Shown here one piece after another: positions 13,951 through 25,404 of a stretch of DNA of 64,000 nucleotides. A model generated the notes under the pieces. That model ran no database searches and was not told where the DNA came from. It saw only the letters and a list, made by a program, of their open reading frames with translations. The translations under genes and the position numbers were made by a program. The DNA is from Octopus sinensis (lineage: Eukaryota): assembly GCF_006345805.1 (NCBI RefSeq), contig NC_043006.1, positions 15,562,001 to 15,626,000 of the forward strand, in the 5' to 3' direction. Positions within the stretch are counted from its first letter, which is position 1. The number at the start of each line of letters is the position of its first letter.

Positions 13951-15811
13951 GGAGGGGCCATCATATATAGATATACATATATTTTATTGGTGGTTATGTT
14001 TCCAAGTTTATCTGATAAATTCAATACTATATATTTATAGGTGTAATATTGGGTTCTAATAGATGTCTGTGGCGTATAATTATAGTTTGTAGCGTATAAT
14101 TGTATATTCATTATAGTTATTAAACAGGTGAACACCGACATAGTTGCTACACATACTAGGAATAGCTACCTGAATCAAGGAAACATTGGATAATGTACGT
14201 TATGTCGGGAAAGCAAGAAGAAAGGTAGGATAGGGACTGATAGAATCGCTCTTACATATGTTCGCTTCATTTGAGCTAACCCAGGGCTAAACAACAAGAA
14301 GAAGAACAACAGCGGCAGCAGTAATGGCGGATGAAAGGACTGTAATTTCCACCCAATAATTGTTCCATTTATAAACGTACTTGTAGGTCTCTTACACAGG
14401 TACGTCAGTTCGATAAACAAGCTTAAACGAAATAATAGTGACATACAATCCAATTAAATGTTAACACCGTTAATAAAGACAATAAACTAGCAATATAATC
14501 TATTCAAACAACCCACATTTGTTGTCATTCTGTCTATAGGAAAACCAATTCATTAACACTAGCAAGCTATAATAAAATAGCCACAAACTATTGAAAGGTC
14601 TTAAGAACAAGAATAAAATTACGTTGTCAGTTTTATGCTTTGGCAGACATTAATAATGTTTATTTTGAAAAACTAAATTACGACTTTAAAATTAATTGAC
14701 CCTGTATTTAATTTTGTTTTAATTTATTTTGCACAATTTTGCACAGCAATTTCAATAGAAGATTCCAGTTTTCTGCCGAAATGTCACTGACAAATTTTGT
14801 TATCTTCCCTACTAATGTTGTTTAGAGACTACCATTAACGCTTTATTCTTTAAATCCATTCACTTCTCTTATCGGATGTTCAAACATTTCCGACATTGTG
14901 TTAAAGACACGGAATTGTCTGATTAATATGATTGTAACATTTTTGTTTCCGAAAGATATTGCAAATAAACATTGCAAATAAACATTGAAGCATAAATTGA
15001 TTAAAAAGAAACAACTTCGCTTTCATTAAATGGTATTTAGTTAGATAATTCTGTATATTTCTCGAGTAATCTAAAGCTTATCAAAGGCATACGACTGCGT
15101 CTATACTTGCCAAATCAAATTATATATGTTGGCAAACCGATAAGCAAAAGGAAACAACAAAGGCCAATAGGACGTATACAGTGAATTATTATTATGTTGA
15201 CACTCAGTTTAAGATGGTACAAAGAGAGGGTGTGTGACGTTTCAAGCATGACTCTTTGTGAGAAAGAAGAAAGAGGAAAGGTCTGGCTGGCATCAATTCA
15301 AATACTGGACATTATTCCTATATAACAAATCACATTGAATATATGTTCCTATGTAAGCAAACATACTGAAAGATATGGAGAGGCAGTATGAGGTTAAGTG
15401 ATTTTCATGCTTTTGTCATTAGCAGTGTAAGTAAAATAGTAACCGCCTATTACAATAGCAGTAACTGTATTATAGGGAAATATATTGATTATTTTGTCGT
15501 AGTGAAACCTTTCCTACACGGGGCATATTATTTGTCAAAAGGGCTTGAATCAAGAATCGAATTACGAAGAAGAAGATCAAACGTGTTAATAACTTTGTCT
15601 CTAATTTATGTGACTTTTATTTGTTTCAGTGTAGAATCACGTATTTGAGAAATTAAACGTTTGTATTGACGCAGACAGGCAGACGAACAGAAATGATGCG
15701 TACTAATATATGTGCATACATATATACACTCGCACAAACGCACACTCGCATGAATGCACATATACATTTACGTAAACACACACACACACACATACGTATG
15801 TATGTATGTAT

Positions 15812-16118
15812 ATCACGTGATCACGTGACCGACCAGTCCATCAGATGTTGCTACACATCGCTGGTCACAATGCGTTCGCATTGTTTTAGCCTTCGAATGA
15901 CGCCGCCCCGCTGGCTAAGCGAGCAGGCCAACAGAAGAAAGAGTGGGAGAAAGAGTGGTGAAAGAGTACATCAGGGATCACCACCCCCTGCCGGAGCATC
16001 GTGGAGCTTTTTTAGGTGTTTTCGCTCAATAAACACTCACAACGCCCGGTCTGGAAATCGAAACCGCGATCCTGCGACCGCGAGTCCGCTGCCCTAACCA
16101 CTAGGCCATTGCGCCTCT
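15812..16118 (-). mobile_element. tRNA-derived SINE, family A
   Basis: Reverse-complement match to the 101 and 3814 copies, including the CACGTGAT tail. Confidence 0.9.
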
Positions 16119-16454
16119 ACATACATGTATATGTCATCAGTAAATCATATACAGCGTATGTACTCCACTGACAGGTATGATGCTGTGATTACGGTCTGAT
16201 ATAAAATCTCTTCATGGACACACTGTGTTGAAGACATAGTGTGCTTCGAAACGAGACGAAGGTCGTGCTGGGGGTGATTCACACGAACAACAGCTGCGCA
16301 TCGCCTTTCTTGGGGCTTGTCAATGACGTGTATCCTGTAGTCACATGCCGAGAAGGAATCAGTCATCTTCAATATAAAGCGAACAGAGAATAATTCCAAT
16401 TTGGGAAAAAACCTCCAGTAGGCAATGCGAAAACCCACTAAATTTGAAATGCCA

Positions 16455-17218
<764 letters not shown>

Positions 17219-17394
17219 CTGAACACCATATTTTTTATAGGTACGCTTTTTAATTCTTTGTCCGGTTCCTCGCATTCTGTTATTTTCTATGATGTTAGTG
17301 CCATCTGGCGGTTGAATTGAGACCTTAGTTCTCATTTCTAAATAGGTTGATGTTCACTGCAACCTTAAGGCCTCATGGTAATTTTATATTTTGT

Positions 17395-17642
17395 AGCTTA
17401 CTGCTGTTAATATTATAAATTCAAAACTATTTGCCATAGATGGTATTAACAATGGTAACATCTTATTTCGAACGTAAACATTGGAATGTTTTTTGCTCTT
17501 AAATATTTTGCACCATGCGTTGCTGGTTTTTGCCGCAAGACAAGCCAGAGGGCTAATGGATTTATAATATTTGCCATAGATGGTGGTATTAACAAAAGTT
17601 ACGTCTTATTTCGAATGTAAACATTCGAATGATTTTTGCTCA
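17395..17642 (+). repeat. Partial tandem copies of the MITE interior and right arm
   Basis: ATATTTGCCATAGAT...ATTAACAA...CATTGGAATG...TTGCTC repeats the 16975-17130 sequence twice. Confidence 0.7.
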
Positions 17643-17737
17643 GATGACTGAAACAAGTAAGATAATCAAAGAATATATATACGCAGAATCGATAGGGCAT
17701 CGAACAAAATGCCTTGTGGTATTTCTTCCGTCTTTTT

Positions 17738-17851
17738 ATGGCCTGCTCGCCTAGCCAGCGGGATGGCGTTATTTAAAGGCTAAAACAATGCGAAAAGCAT
17801 TGTGACCAGCGATGTGTAGCAACATCTGATAGCCTGGTCGGTCACGGTGAT
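17738..17851 (+). mobile_element. SINE family A, 5'-truncated tail
   Basis: GGCCTGCTCGCCTAGCCAGC...GGTCACGGTGAT. Confidence 0.85.
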
Positions 17852-18145
17852 ATATATAAACATACACATCGCTTAAAAAATAGCTATAACATCATGACTG
17901 TTGAGGGTGCATGTATTTGTACGCGTGCACGCATGTGTGTGTGTTTGTATAAGTACTATAGAGAGGGAGATTTAATGTACAAGTAATACCTACATTGCAT
18001 CGTTTAAGGTAAAATAAGTGTTCATATTTTTGTAATTTCGGTAAAAATATAAAAGAAAAACTCGGTGTACATAGTTTGCGTGGGACTTTTAGTAATGAAA
18101 CCCCGAAAATGAGTGCATAATATATTCAACTGTTTTCTTGAAATA

Positions 18146-18520
18146 TGTTTATATATAAAAGAGAGGTTGTGTGCTGTCTGTCTCCTACAATTTAGATTCC
18201 TAACTACTCCCACATTTTGCGGTGCAGTTTAACCAAAACAGGGTATCTTATAGTCGTGATTCATATCGAGCCCTTCTGGGTATTAGCGCGCGTCTACGAT
18301 GAGTCTACGATTTAAAAAAAATTTACCATCAATTTTTCTCATTTTTAATGCATTTTTGGCATATATAAGGGAAGTAACTCTCTAAAAATTTATTATTAAA
18401 TCTCAGAACGTAAAAAGCTACAGTAACCCCCCCCCCTTTGTGGTTAGCCATATTGAGATGGCTATTATACTTTACATCTCTAAAAATGCTTATATAGTTA
18501 TTTCCCTTACATACTGCTAG
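18146..18520 (+). mobile_element. Non-autonomous Helitron-like element lacking its 3' hairpin
   Basis: Homologous to 57003-57401; ends in CTAG followed by T; 5' TC mutated to TG; 21-nt hairpin absent. Confidence 0.75.
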
Positions 18521-19306
18521 TTGAATCTAATATATCAATTGGAAGCTAATTGCAAAAAGCTGGGATTTTATTATTTTTTTTCGGTGTATTGTCTTGCATT
18601 ATAACACTTTATAAGAAGCAAAGTGCAGTATATCATAACCTAAAATTACATTGCTTACAATACATCGGTGGCAAGATATAGTTAACTGAAACAATTCATG
18701 ATGGCTATGCTTAGACCGTAGCAGTAGCAACGACTTCTCATACTTTCCATTACATGATTATACGAATTCAACTGAATATATATATATATATTCAATCAAT
18801 GGGCAGAAGGATGCAATATCGTGTAAATACACAGTATGCAACTGATATAAGAGCATCAGTTTACATATGTTTTTATTTATTTAGGTGTATATATATTTGT
18901 TTTCGAAAAAAAACCCCAAACAAATAAAAATGCAACATGTATTTATGTATGCATGCATTACAATATATATGACGATGTGTAGTATTGTTTTGCATGTATA
19001 TTATACATGTGTACCTTATAACCATACACAATACACACGTACACTATATGTTCACACAGACACACACACACACAATACAAATACACGAAACACACATCAC
19101 TAGGTTACTTATACACACACTCCCATACGCATACATATGCCCACATAATTTTAAGCTCGCCCACACACATTCGCATGAGCCCTTCTTACATGCACTTAAG
19201 CGCTTGTGCAACCTGGTTCAGCCGTGTCACTGCTATCATCTCCCTTTCACTCAGCCTCTTTCTTCCGGTCATTTCATCATGTTGAACCGTTAATCCCTAC
19301 ACATTC

Positions 19307-19341
19307 TTTCTGGCGAAGAGCATAGTTTCGAAACATCAAAA
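19307..19341 (+). ncRNA. Degenerate hammerhead motif (GAGC family)
   Basis: TTT CTGGCGA A GAGC ATA GTTTC GAAA CATC AAA; downstream flank homologous to the 29949 and 60848 copies. A6 and stem III are mutated. Confidence 0.45.
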
Positions 19342-19483
19342 ACTTTTCCTTTCTTCCCAAGCGTTAAACTAATACATCTGCTTGTTGTCTGCGTATTTTA
19401 TGTTAATGAATTTGAGTTGCAAGATTCCTGATGTGAAGTCGTGTGTTGAAACATATTGTGAAAGTAATGACTTGTTTAAAATT

Positions 19484-19860
19484 CTTATTTGGTAAATATT
19501 TGAGCACTTTCCTGAAAGAATAGGTGTGGCTGTGTGACAAGAAGCTTGATTCGAAACTGCATGGTTCCAGGTTCAGTCCCAGTACATGGCACATTGGGCA
19601 AGTATCTTCTGCTAATGCACTGGTCCAGTCAAAACCTTCTGATTATATTTGGTAGGTGGCAAACTGGCAGAGTCGTTAGTACGTACATCAAACAAAATAT
19701 GGTATTTCGTCCGTCTGTACTTCGTGAGTTCGGATTCCGCCGGGGTCGACTTTGACTTTCATCCTTTCGGGTCCACAACATAAGTTTCAGTTGAACATTG
19801 GAGGCAATTTAATGGACGTAGTCCCTCATGCTATCCTTGGGCCAAAATTTGAACCAAATC
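19484..19860 (+). mobile_element. Chimeric SINE: family D head fused to family E
   Basis: D-type sequence to ~19655, then GGCAAACTGGCAGAGTCGTTAG...GGGGTCGACTTTG of family E. Confidence 0.65.
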
Positions 19861-20188
19861 TTTACTGTATATGTGTTGGATGATGTGTTTGATAACGCCT
19901 GACCTCATATTTTCATCATATTCAACCAAAACAAAATAACAAGAATAAAATAAAACCCAAAGTTTGAATAAGCAAAGGAGGGTCTGTGCTGGTGAAAAGC
20001 TATAAAACAAAGCTCGTGAGTCGTAAGGGAGGGACAAGATTCCCGTCATTAAGCGTAAAACCCTTCATCGGAAAAGTAATTCACTCCGATGAAGTCATAA
20101 TTAACTTAGATAAAAGAATCAAAACTTTATTTTAACCAAGAAAGTTGAATATCGGCCAAAATAAAAACTTATGAAGATATTAAGATAG

Positions 20189-20424
20189 TATTTTTTTTAC
20201 TCTTTTACTTGTTTCAGTCATTTGACTGCGGCTATGCTGGAGCACCGCCTTTAGTCGAGCAAATCGACCCCAGGACTTATTCTTTGTAAGCCCAGTACTT
20301 ATACTATCAGTCTCTTTTGCCGAACCGCTAAGTGACGGCGACGTAAACACACCAGCATCGGTTGTCAAGCAATGCTAGGAGGACAAACACAGACACACAA
20401 ACACAGACACACACACACATATAT

Positions 20425-20472
<48 letters not shown>

Positions 20473-20654
20473 ATATATATATACATATATACGACAGGCA
20501 TCTTTCAGTTTCCGTCTACCAAATCCACTCACAAGGCATTGGTCGGCCCGGGGCTATAGCAGAAGACACTTGCCCAAGATGCCACGCAGTGGGACTGAAC
20601 CCGGAACCATGTGGTTGGTTAGCAAGCTACTTACCACACAGCCACACCTGCGCC
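20189..20654 (-). mobile_element. SINE family D, full length
   Basis: 19-bp TSD TATGAAGATATTAAGATAG (20170-20188 / 20655-20673); internal (TA)/(CA) tract; (AAGAGT)-type tail. Confidence 0.92.
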
Positions 20655-20768
20655 TATGAAGATATTAAGATAGCATTTGTTAGGAATATGTAACAAACTT
20701 TCGTTCTTTACTAATGTTCTTTACAACAGGAACAACAACAACAACTACTACTACTAATACTACTACCT

Positions 20769-20804
<36 letters not shown>

Positions 20805-21744
20805 CAATACGTAGTAGCATATGCTAACATATAACATAGTTTCCTTGTTTTTATATGTCATACAACGAAGTCTTTTTGAAGAGTAAATAATAAATTTAAA
20901 TAAAAGACATGGAATGGTTCATCCAACTTTTATAAACTAAGAGACAGGTGTCTGCAACTATACACACGGTATGTAGAGCTTTAAAATATATACTTTGTCA
21001 TCTATAGAATATCACTATAGAATATCATCTATAGAATATCACTTGTGATAATAAAGTACGGTTTTTAAAATACCATACTAATTTGTTACCTTTGAATTTT
21101 GACAAAGCTCAAGAATGTATATCATTGACAAATGTAATGGCTTTAAACATCTTGTAGATATTTTTTTCCAGAAGGTAGTACAATCAATGCTTAACACGTT
21201 TAAAACGTAGAAGTTATATTCTATTTAATATCTCGGGGAAATCAGAAAATAAGTACTTTTCGCAAATAATAGAAAAAAAACTATTCTGCTCTGAGTTTTT
21301 TGATTTTGCGTATGTAACGTTGCTTTAACGGAACAGGTTTATGTTTCTTTATTCATTCTTCAGGCTTATGTGAGTTGAGAAATCCTTATTCTCGTTATCA
21401 ACTTTCATCGAGTGTGAATATGTAATACAATTTTAAATTTCATTACAAGGATCGTGAAAGCAAAACTGACTAAACAGTTTCAATGAGGACATTTCACATT
21501 AAAAACGTAATAATTTGTTTAAATATAATTTTGATTTCCTTCTGTATGTATATATATATATATATATAATAAATATTAGGGAATAAATCCAAATTTACAG
21601 GGAAAAAAATCAGATTTAGGATTAAATCCAATTTTATAGTAAAATATTATATAATATTATTAGAGACAAAACCACTATTTTGCAAAACAAACAAGGAAAG
21701 ACTTAATCAATACATAAAATTTTAATAAAAAGTCAAAAAAACCG

Positions 21745-21787
21745 CCACTACAATTGTTTCTTGTCTTGATCGACAATCTTCAGGTGG
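21745..21787 (-). ncRNA. Minimal type I hammerhead ribozyme
   Basis: CCAC CTGAAGA TTGTC-GATCAA-GACAA GAAA CAATTG TA GTGG; complete canonical core. Confidence 0.88.
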
Positions 21788-21831
21788 ACTTATAAGTCAG
21801 TTTCATAATTTGAAACTGACTTATTGGAAGT

Positions 21832-21874
21832 CCACCTGAAGATTGTCGATCAAGACAAGAAACAATTGTAGTGG
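21832..21874 (+). ncRNA. Minimal type I hammerhead ribozyme
   Basis: Identical motif on the + strand; predicted cleavage after GUA at 21870; palindromic stem III ACAATTGT. Confidence 0.88.
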
Positions 21875-21958
21875 CGGTTTTTTGACTTTTTATTAAAATT
21901 TTATGTATTGATTAAGTCTTTCCTTGTTTGTTTTGCAAAATAGTGGTTTTGTCTCTAA

Positions 21959-22022
<64 letters not shown>

Positions 22023-22236
22023 CAGGGTAGGTACCATACAAGTGTTCTAGTGTAAACCAACCCCCGGCTAATCATGTAGAGTGTTATGGAAGAACGAAAA
22101 ATTGATTAAGGTAAACAATTACACGGTATTTTACCCGATAGATAAATCCACATTGAGTTTATACAGTGCACAAAGTATAAAAAATAAATAAGAAAAGCCG
22201 TTAGAAAACCGATTATAGCAACGACGCCATTTAAGA

Positions 22237-22273
22237 ATATCTGAAGAAGGAATATTATTCCGAAATATCATAT
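22237..22273 (+). ncRNA. Minimal type I hammerhead motif
   Basis: ATAT CTGAAGA A GGAAT-ATT-ATTCC GAAA TA TC ATAT; loopless palindromic stem III (ATAT); AUC site at 22269. Confidence 0.65.
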
Positions 22274-22436
22274 CAGAATATGGATGACTAAATTACAACA
22301 GGTATATAACCCATTGTCTGTATTATAGTGCATTGTACCATTCAAAACTTTTTGTTCGTTATATATTCAACACATCAGAAATAAGAACGGAGAATTGTAG
22401 ATCCTCAGCTGCTTGTTTGTTGCAATATTATGTATA

Positions 22437-22838
22437 GGCGCAGGAGTGGCTGTGTGTTAAGTAGCTTGTTTACCAACCACATGGTTCCGGGTTCAGTCTC
22501 ACTGCGTGGCACCTTGGGTAGGTGTCTTCTGCTATAGCCTCGGGCCGACCAAAGCCTTGTGAGTGGATTTGGTAGACGGAAACTGAAAGAAGCCCGTCGT
22601 ATATATGTATATATATATGCGTGTGTGTGTCTGTGTTTGTTCCCCTAGCATTGCTTGACAACCGATGCTGGTGTGTTTACGTCCCCGTTTCTTAGCGGTT
22701 CGGCAAAAGGGACCGATAGAATAAGTACTGGGCTTACAAAGGAATAAGTCCCGGGGTCGAGTTGCTCGATTTAAGGCGGTGCTCCAGCATGGCCGCAGTC
22801 AAATGACTGAAACAAGTAAAAGAGTAAAAGAGTAAAGA
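22437..22838 (+). mobile_element. SINE family D, full length
   Basis: Head GGCGCAGGAGTGGCTGTG, B-box GGTTCAGTC, CCTTGGG.AGTGTCTT core, tail GACTGAAACAAGT(AAAAGAGT)n; short GTATAG duplication. Confidence 0.92.
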
Positions 22839-22879
22839 GTATAGTCCATTCACTTAAATCGACAGATGTTTCTACAGCA

Positions 22880-23130
22880 TAGATGTCCTAAGATGTGGCA
22901 TCCAATTGCATCGTGTTTGTTGAATGGCATTAAAAGTTCATCCAGGGTAAACGTATCCATGCAGCTTTATACAAGATGTTACCATTACAAGTCTCTGATG
23001 TGAACTGAAGAGCTCAGTTTTTGATAGTGTTATTGTAGTTATAATTTGGGTGGGAGATATGTAAGTTCAGCGCAAAGGATAGCAGTGGATGTTGCGAAAT
23101 GCGATTTGGCGATAAAATCCGTTATCATTT
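22880..23130 (-). pseudogene. Possible piggyBac-like transposase relic
   Basis: Minus-strand translation HIRDL...TFTLDELLMPF resembles the piggyBac IRD(L/V)...T(V/I)DEQL.PF motif; many stops. Confidence 0.3.
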
Positions 23131-23336
23131 AAATTTAAATTGACCCTTAAGGTGTTAAAGGGAATAGCATCAAAATAGACTTAGTAGTCAGAGAAGGGCA
23201 ACATATGTTTCGTTCACATGCCATATAGGATACAGATATAAAGGATTCTCAGGATAAATAGATGAAGTGTAATTAAGAGATAAGGAATTGAATTAACAAT
23301 AAATGAGTTAAAGTTAAGATTGTTAAAATGTAACTA

Positions 23337-24592
23337 AGAGGAGTGTATGAAATGTCTTGAGCCTAAAAAACAAAACATGGTACAAGATTTCTGATGATTT
23401 ATTTTTCAACTCAGTCCTCCCCCTCGATGGCTGAACTCTCTCTCGGGGGGTGCAGAATCACTGGAGAACTCTTTTGTTTGAGACTTCAAGAAACGTCCTA
23501 TAGTGTCTATGATGTCATTGTCACTGGCAAAATTTTGTGGAATAGATGAAAGTCAGAGGGCTAAGTCTGGCGTATAAGGCGGATGAGGAACAAGTTCGTA
23601 TCCACATTAACGAATTGCTGCCATGACAACAACTGAGGTGTGGGCTGGAGCATTATCGTGATGAAAAAGGACTTCTCTGGTGAGCATTCCCGGCCTTTTT
23701 ATTTTGATTGCTTCTCGGAGGCATTTCAGTAGCTGAGAATAATAGTCCTGTCACGGTGTGACTCTTTTCAAGGTAATCGATCAGAAAGACACCTTGAAAA
23801 TCCCCAAAAACGTACACCATGACCTAGCCAGCTGAAGGAATGACCCTGACCTTCTTTGGAGTAGGAGAATATGTGTGCTTTCACTGCTTTGATTGTTCTT
23901 TGGTTTCAGTTTGTTAGCGATGAAACCAACTTTCATTTCAAAGTAATGAAACGAGCAAGAAAATTCTCTTCATTGGCTTCAAACATTTGCAGATTACTTG
24001 TGGACAAAGTGCACCTGGTGCGTTTCTGTTCAGGAGTCAAAAGGCGAGGGACCCATCTTATGAAAACCTTTGAGAACATAAGTTCTTTGTCACAATGTTG
24101 TCTACTCTTTCAATTGATATACCCAATCTCTCGGCTATCTGACGTCATGATATTCGGCGATCTTGCATTATCATGCCAAGAGCAAGGTCAAGGTTGTCCT
24201 TGGTGGTTGCAGATGGCGGTCGCCCTGGTCTGGCATCATCTTCCACACTCTCCCTGCCACGCTTGACTTCATTTACCCAGCTTTTGACTGTTGCATATGA
24301 AGGAGTATTGTCTGTTGTTCTCACCATAACGTCATGGATTTCTGATGGAGTTATGCCTTTCAAATGAAGGTACTTTATGACAGAACAATAATCAGTTTTC
24401 TCCATTTTCCTTGTAACCTCGACACATTGTTTATTCAAAAAATCTACAGCAAGAAAAAAAAAAATTAAAATATCAGAATCATGAAAATCAGCAAGAATAC
24501 TTTGAAATTACTGTACTTACCGGAAAAAATTGTCTCAGCTATCTAGCAGTGCTGTTTCAAGGTTAAGCTCAAAACTTTCCATACACTCTTCG
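23337..24592 (-). mobile_element. Full-length decayed mariner transposon (D34D)
   Basis: Imperfect TIRs (26/32 matches including the flanking TA) with TA at 23335-36 and 24593-94; N-terminus MEKTDYCSVIKYLHLKG...GRP; HHDNAPAH and PPYTPDLA(P)SDFHLF with 34 residues between the Asp residues; stops and frameshifts. Confidence 0.92.
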
Positions 24593-24959
24593 TATAGTAA
24601 ATCTATAATTGCAGCCTAGGTAATGTTTCCGTATACCCTTATGCAAGTAATATCTTATTAAATAATATTATATGGGGAATTTCTAAATACACAAAAGAAA
24701 TAATAGTCGGAGGAAACCTTACTGAGTAAGGATTTGTTTCGCTCACAGAACAAATAAAATAAAAATAGAAATAGCTTTTATGTAGTATTAAGAGAACTGA
24801 AAACTAGAGATAAGAAAATAACAAAATAAATGTAATATAAAAAAGGGCTGGTTATGAAGCTTGCTGTTAGATTATAAAAAACAGCTATAGTGAATTTATA
24901 GATTTTGTCTTGTTAAATTGTCAGTGTATCGTTATGAAAATAATGACTTAATTAAGATA

Positions 24960-25385
24960 CTTATTTGGTAAATATTTGAGCACTTTCCTGAAAGAATAGG
25001 TGTGGCTGTGTGACAAGAAGCGTGCTTCCAAACTGCATGGTACCAGGTTCAGTCCCATTACATGGCAGATTGGGCAAGTGTCTTCTACTAATGCATTGGT
25101 CCGGCCAAAGCCTTCTGATTGTATTTGGTAGGCGGAAACTAAAAGAAACCTGTCATATATGTATATATATATTCGTGTGTTTGTGTCTTTTTTATACCCC
25201 ACCACCGCTTGAAAACCGGTGTTGATGTCTTTACGCCTCCATAATAGCGGTTCGGCAAAAGAGACCGATTGAATAAATACCAGGCTTTAGAAAAACCATA
25301 AGTACTGGGGCTGATTCATGTGACTAAAAATTCCTCAGGGCGTTGCCCCAGCCAGATCGCAGTATAATGACTGAAACAAGCAAAA
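24960..25385 (+). mobile_element. Old SINE family D copy with shared 5' flank
   Basis: Diverged D head, core and tail; first 62 bp identical to 19484-19545. Confidence 0.75.
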
Positions 25386-25404
25386 GATCAAATGTATATA
25401 TATA

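Larger units (their letters stand above)
21570..21970. mobile_element. Penelope-like pLTR-type repeat in inverted (head-to-head) arrangement
   Basis: 21648-21790 is mirrored at 21829-21970; the same repeat occurs at 33000-33255 and 36075-36290; each arm carries a hammerhead; flanked by (TA)n. Confidence 0.7.

Noticed and set aside
20998-21045. Three copies of CTATAGAATATCA
   Set aside because: Ordinary short tandem duplication with no further structure.
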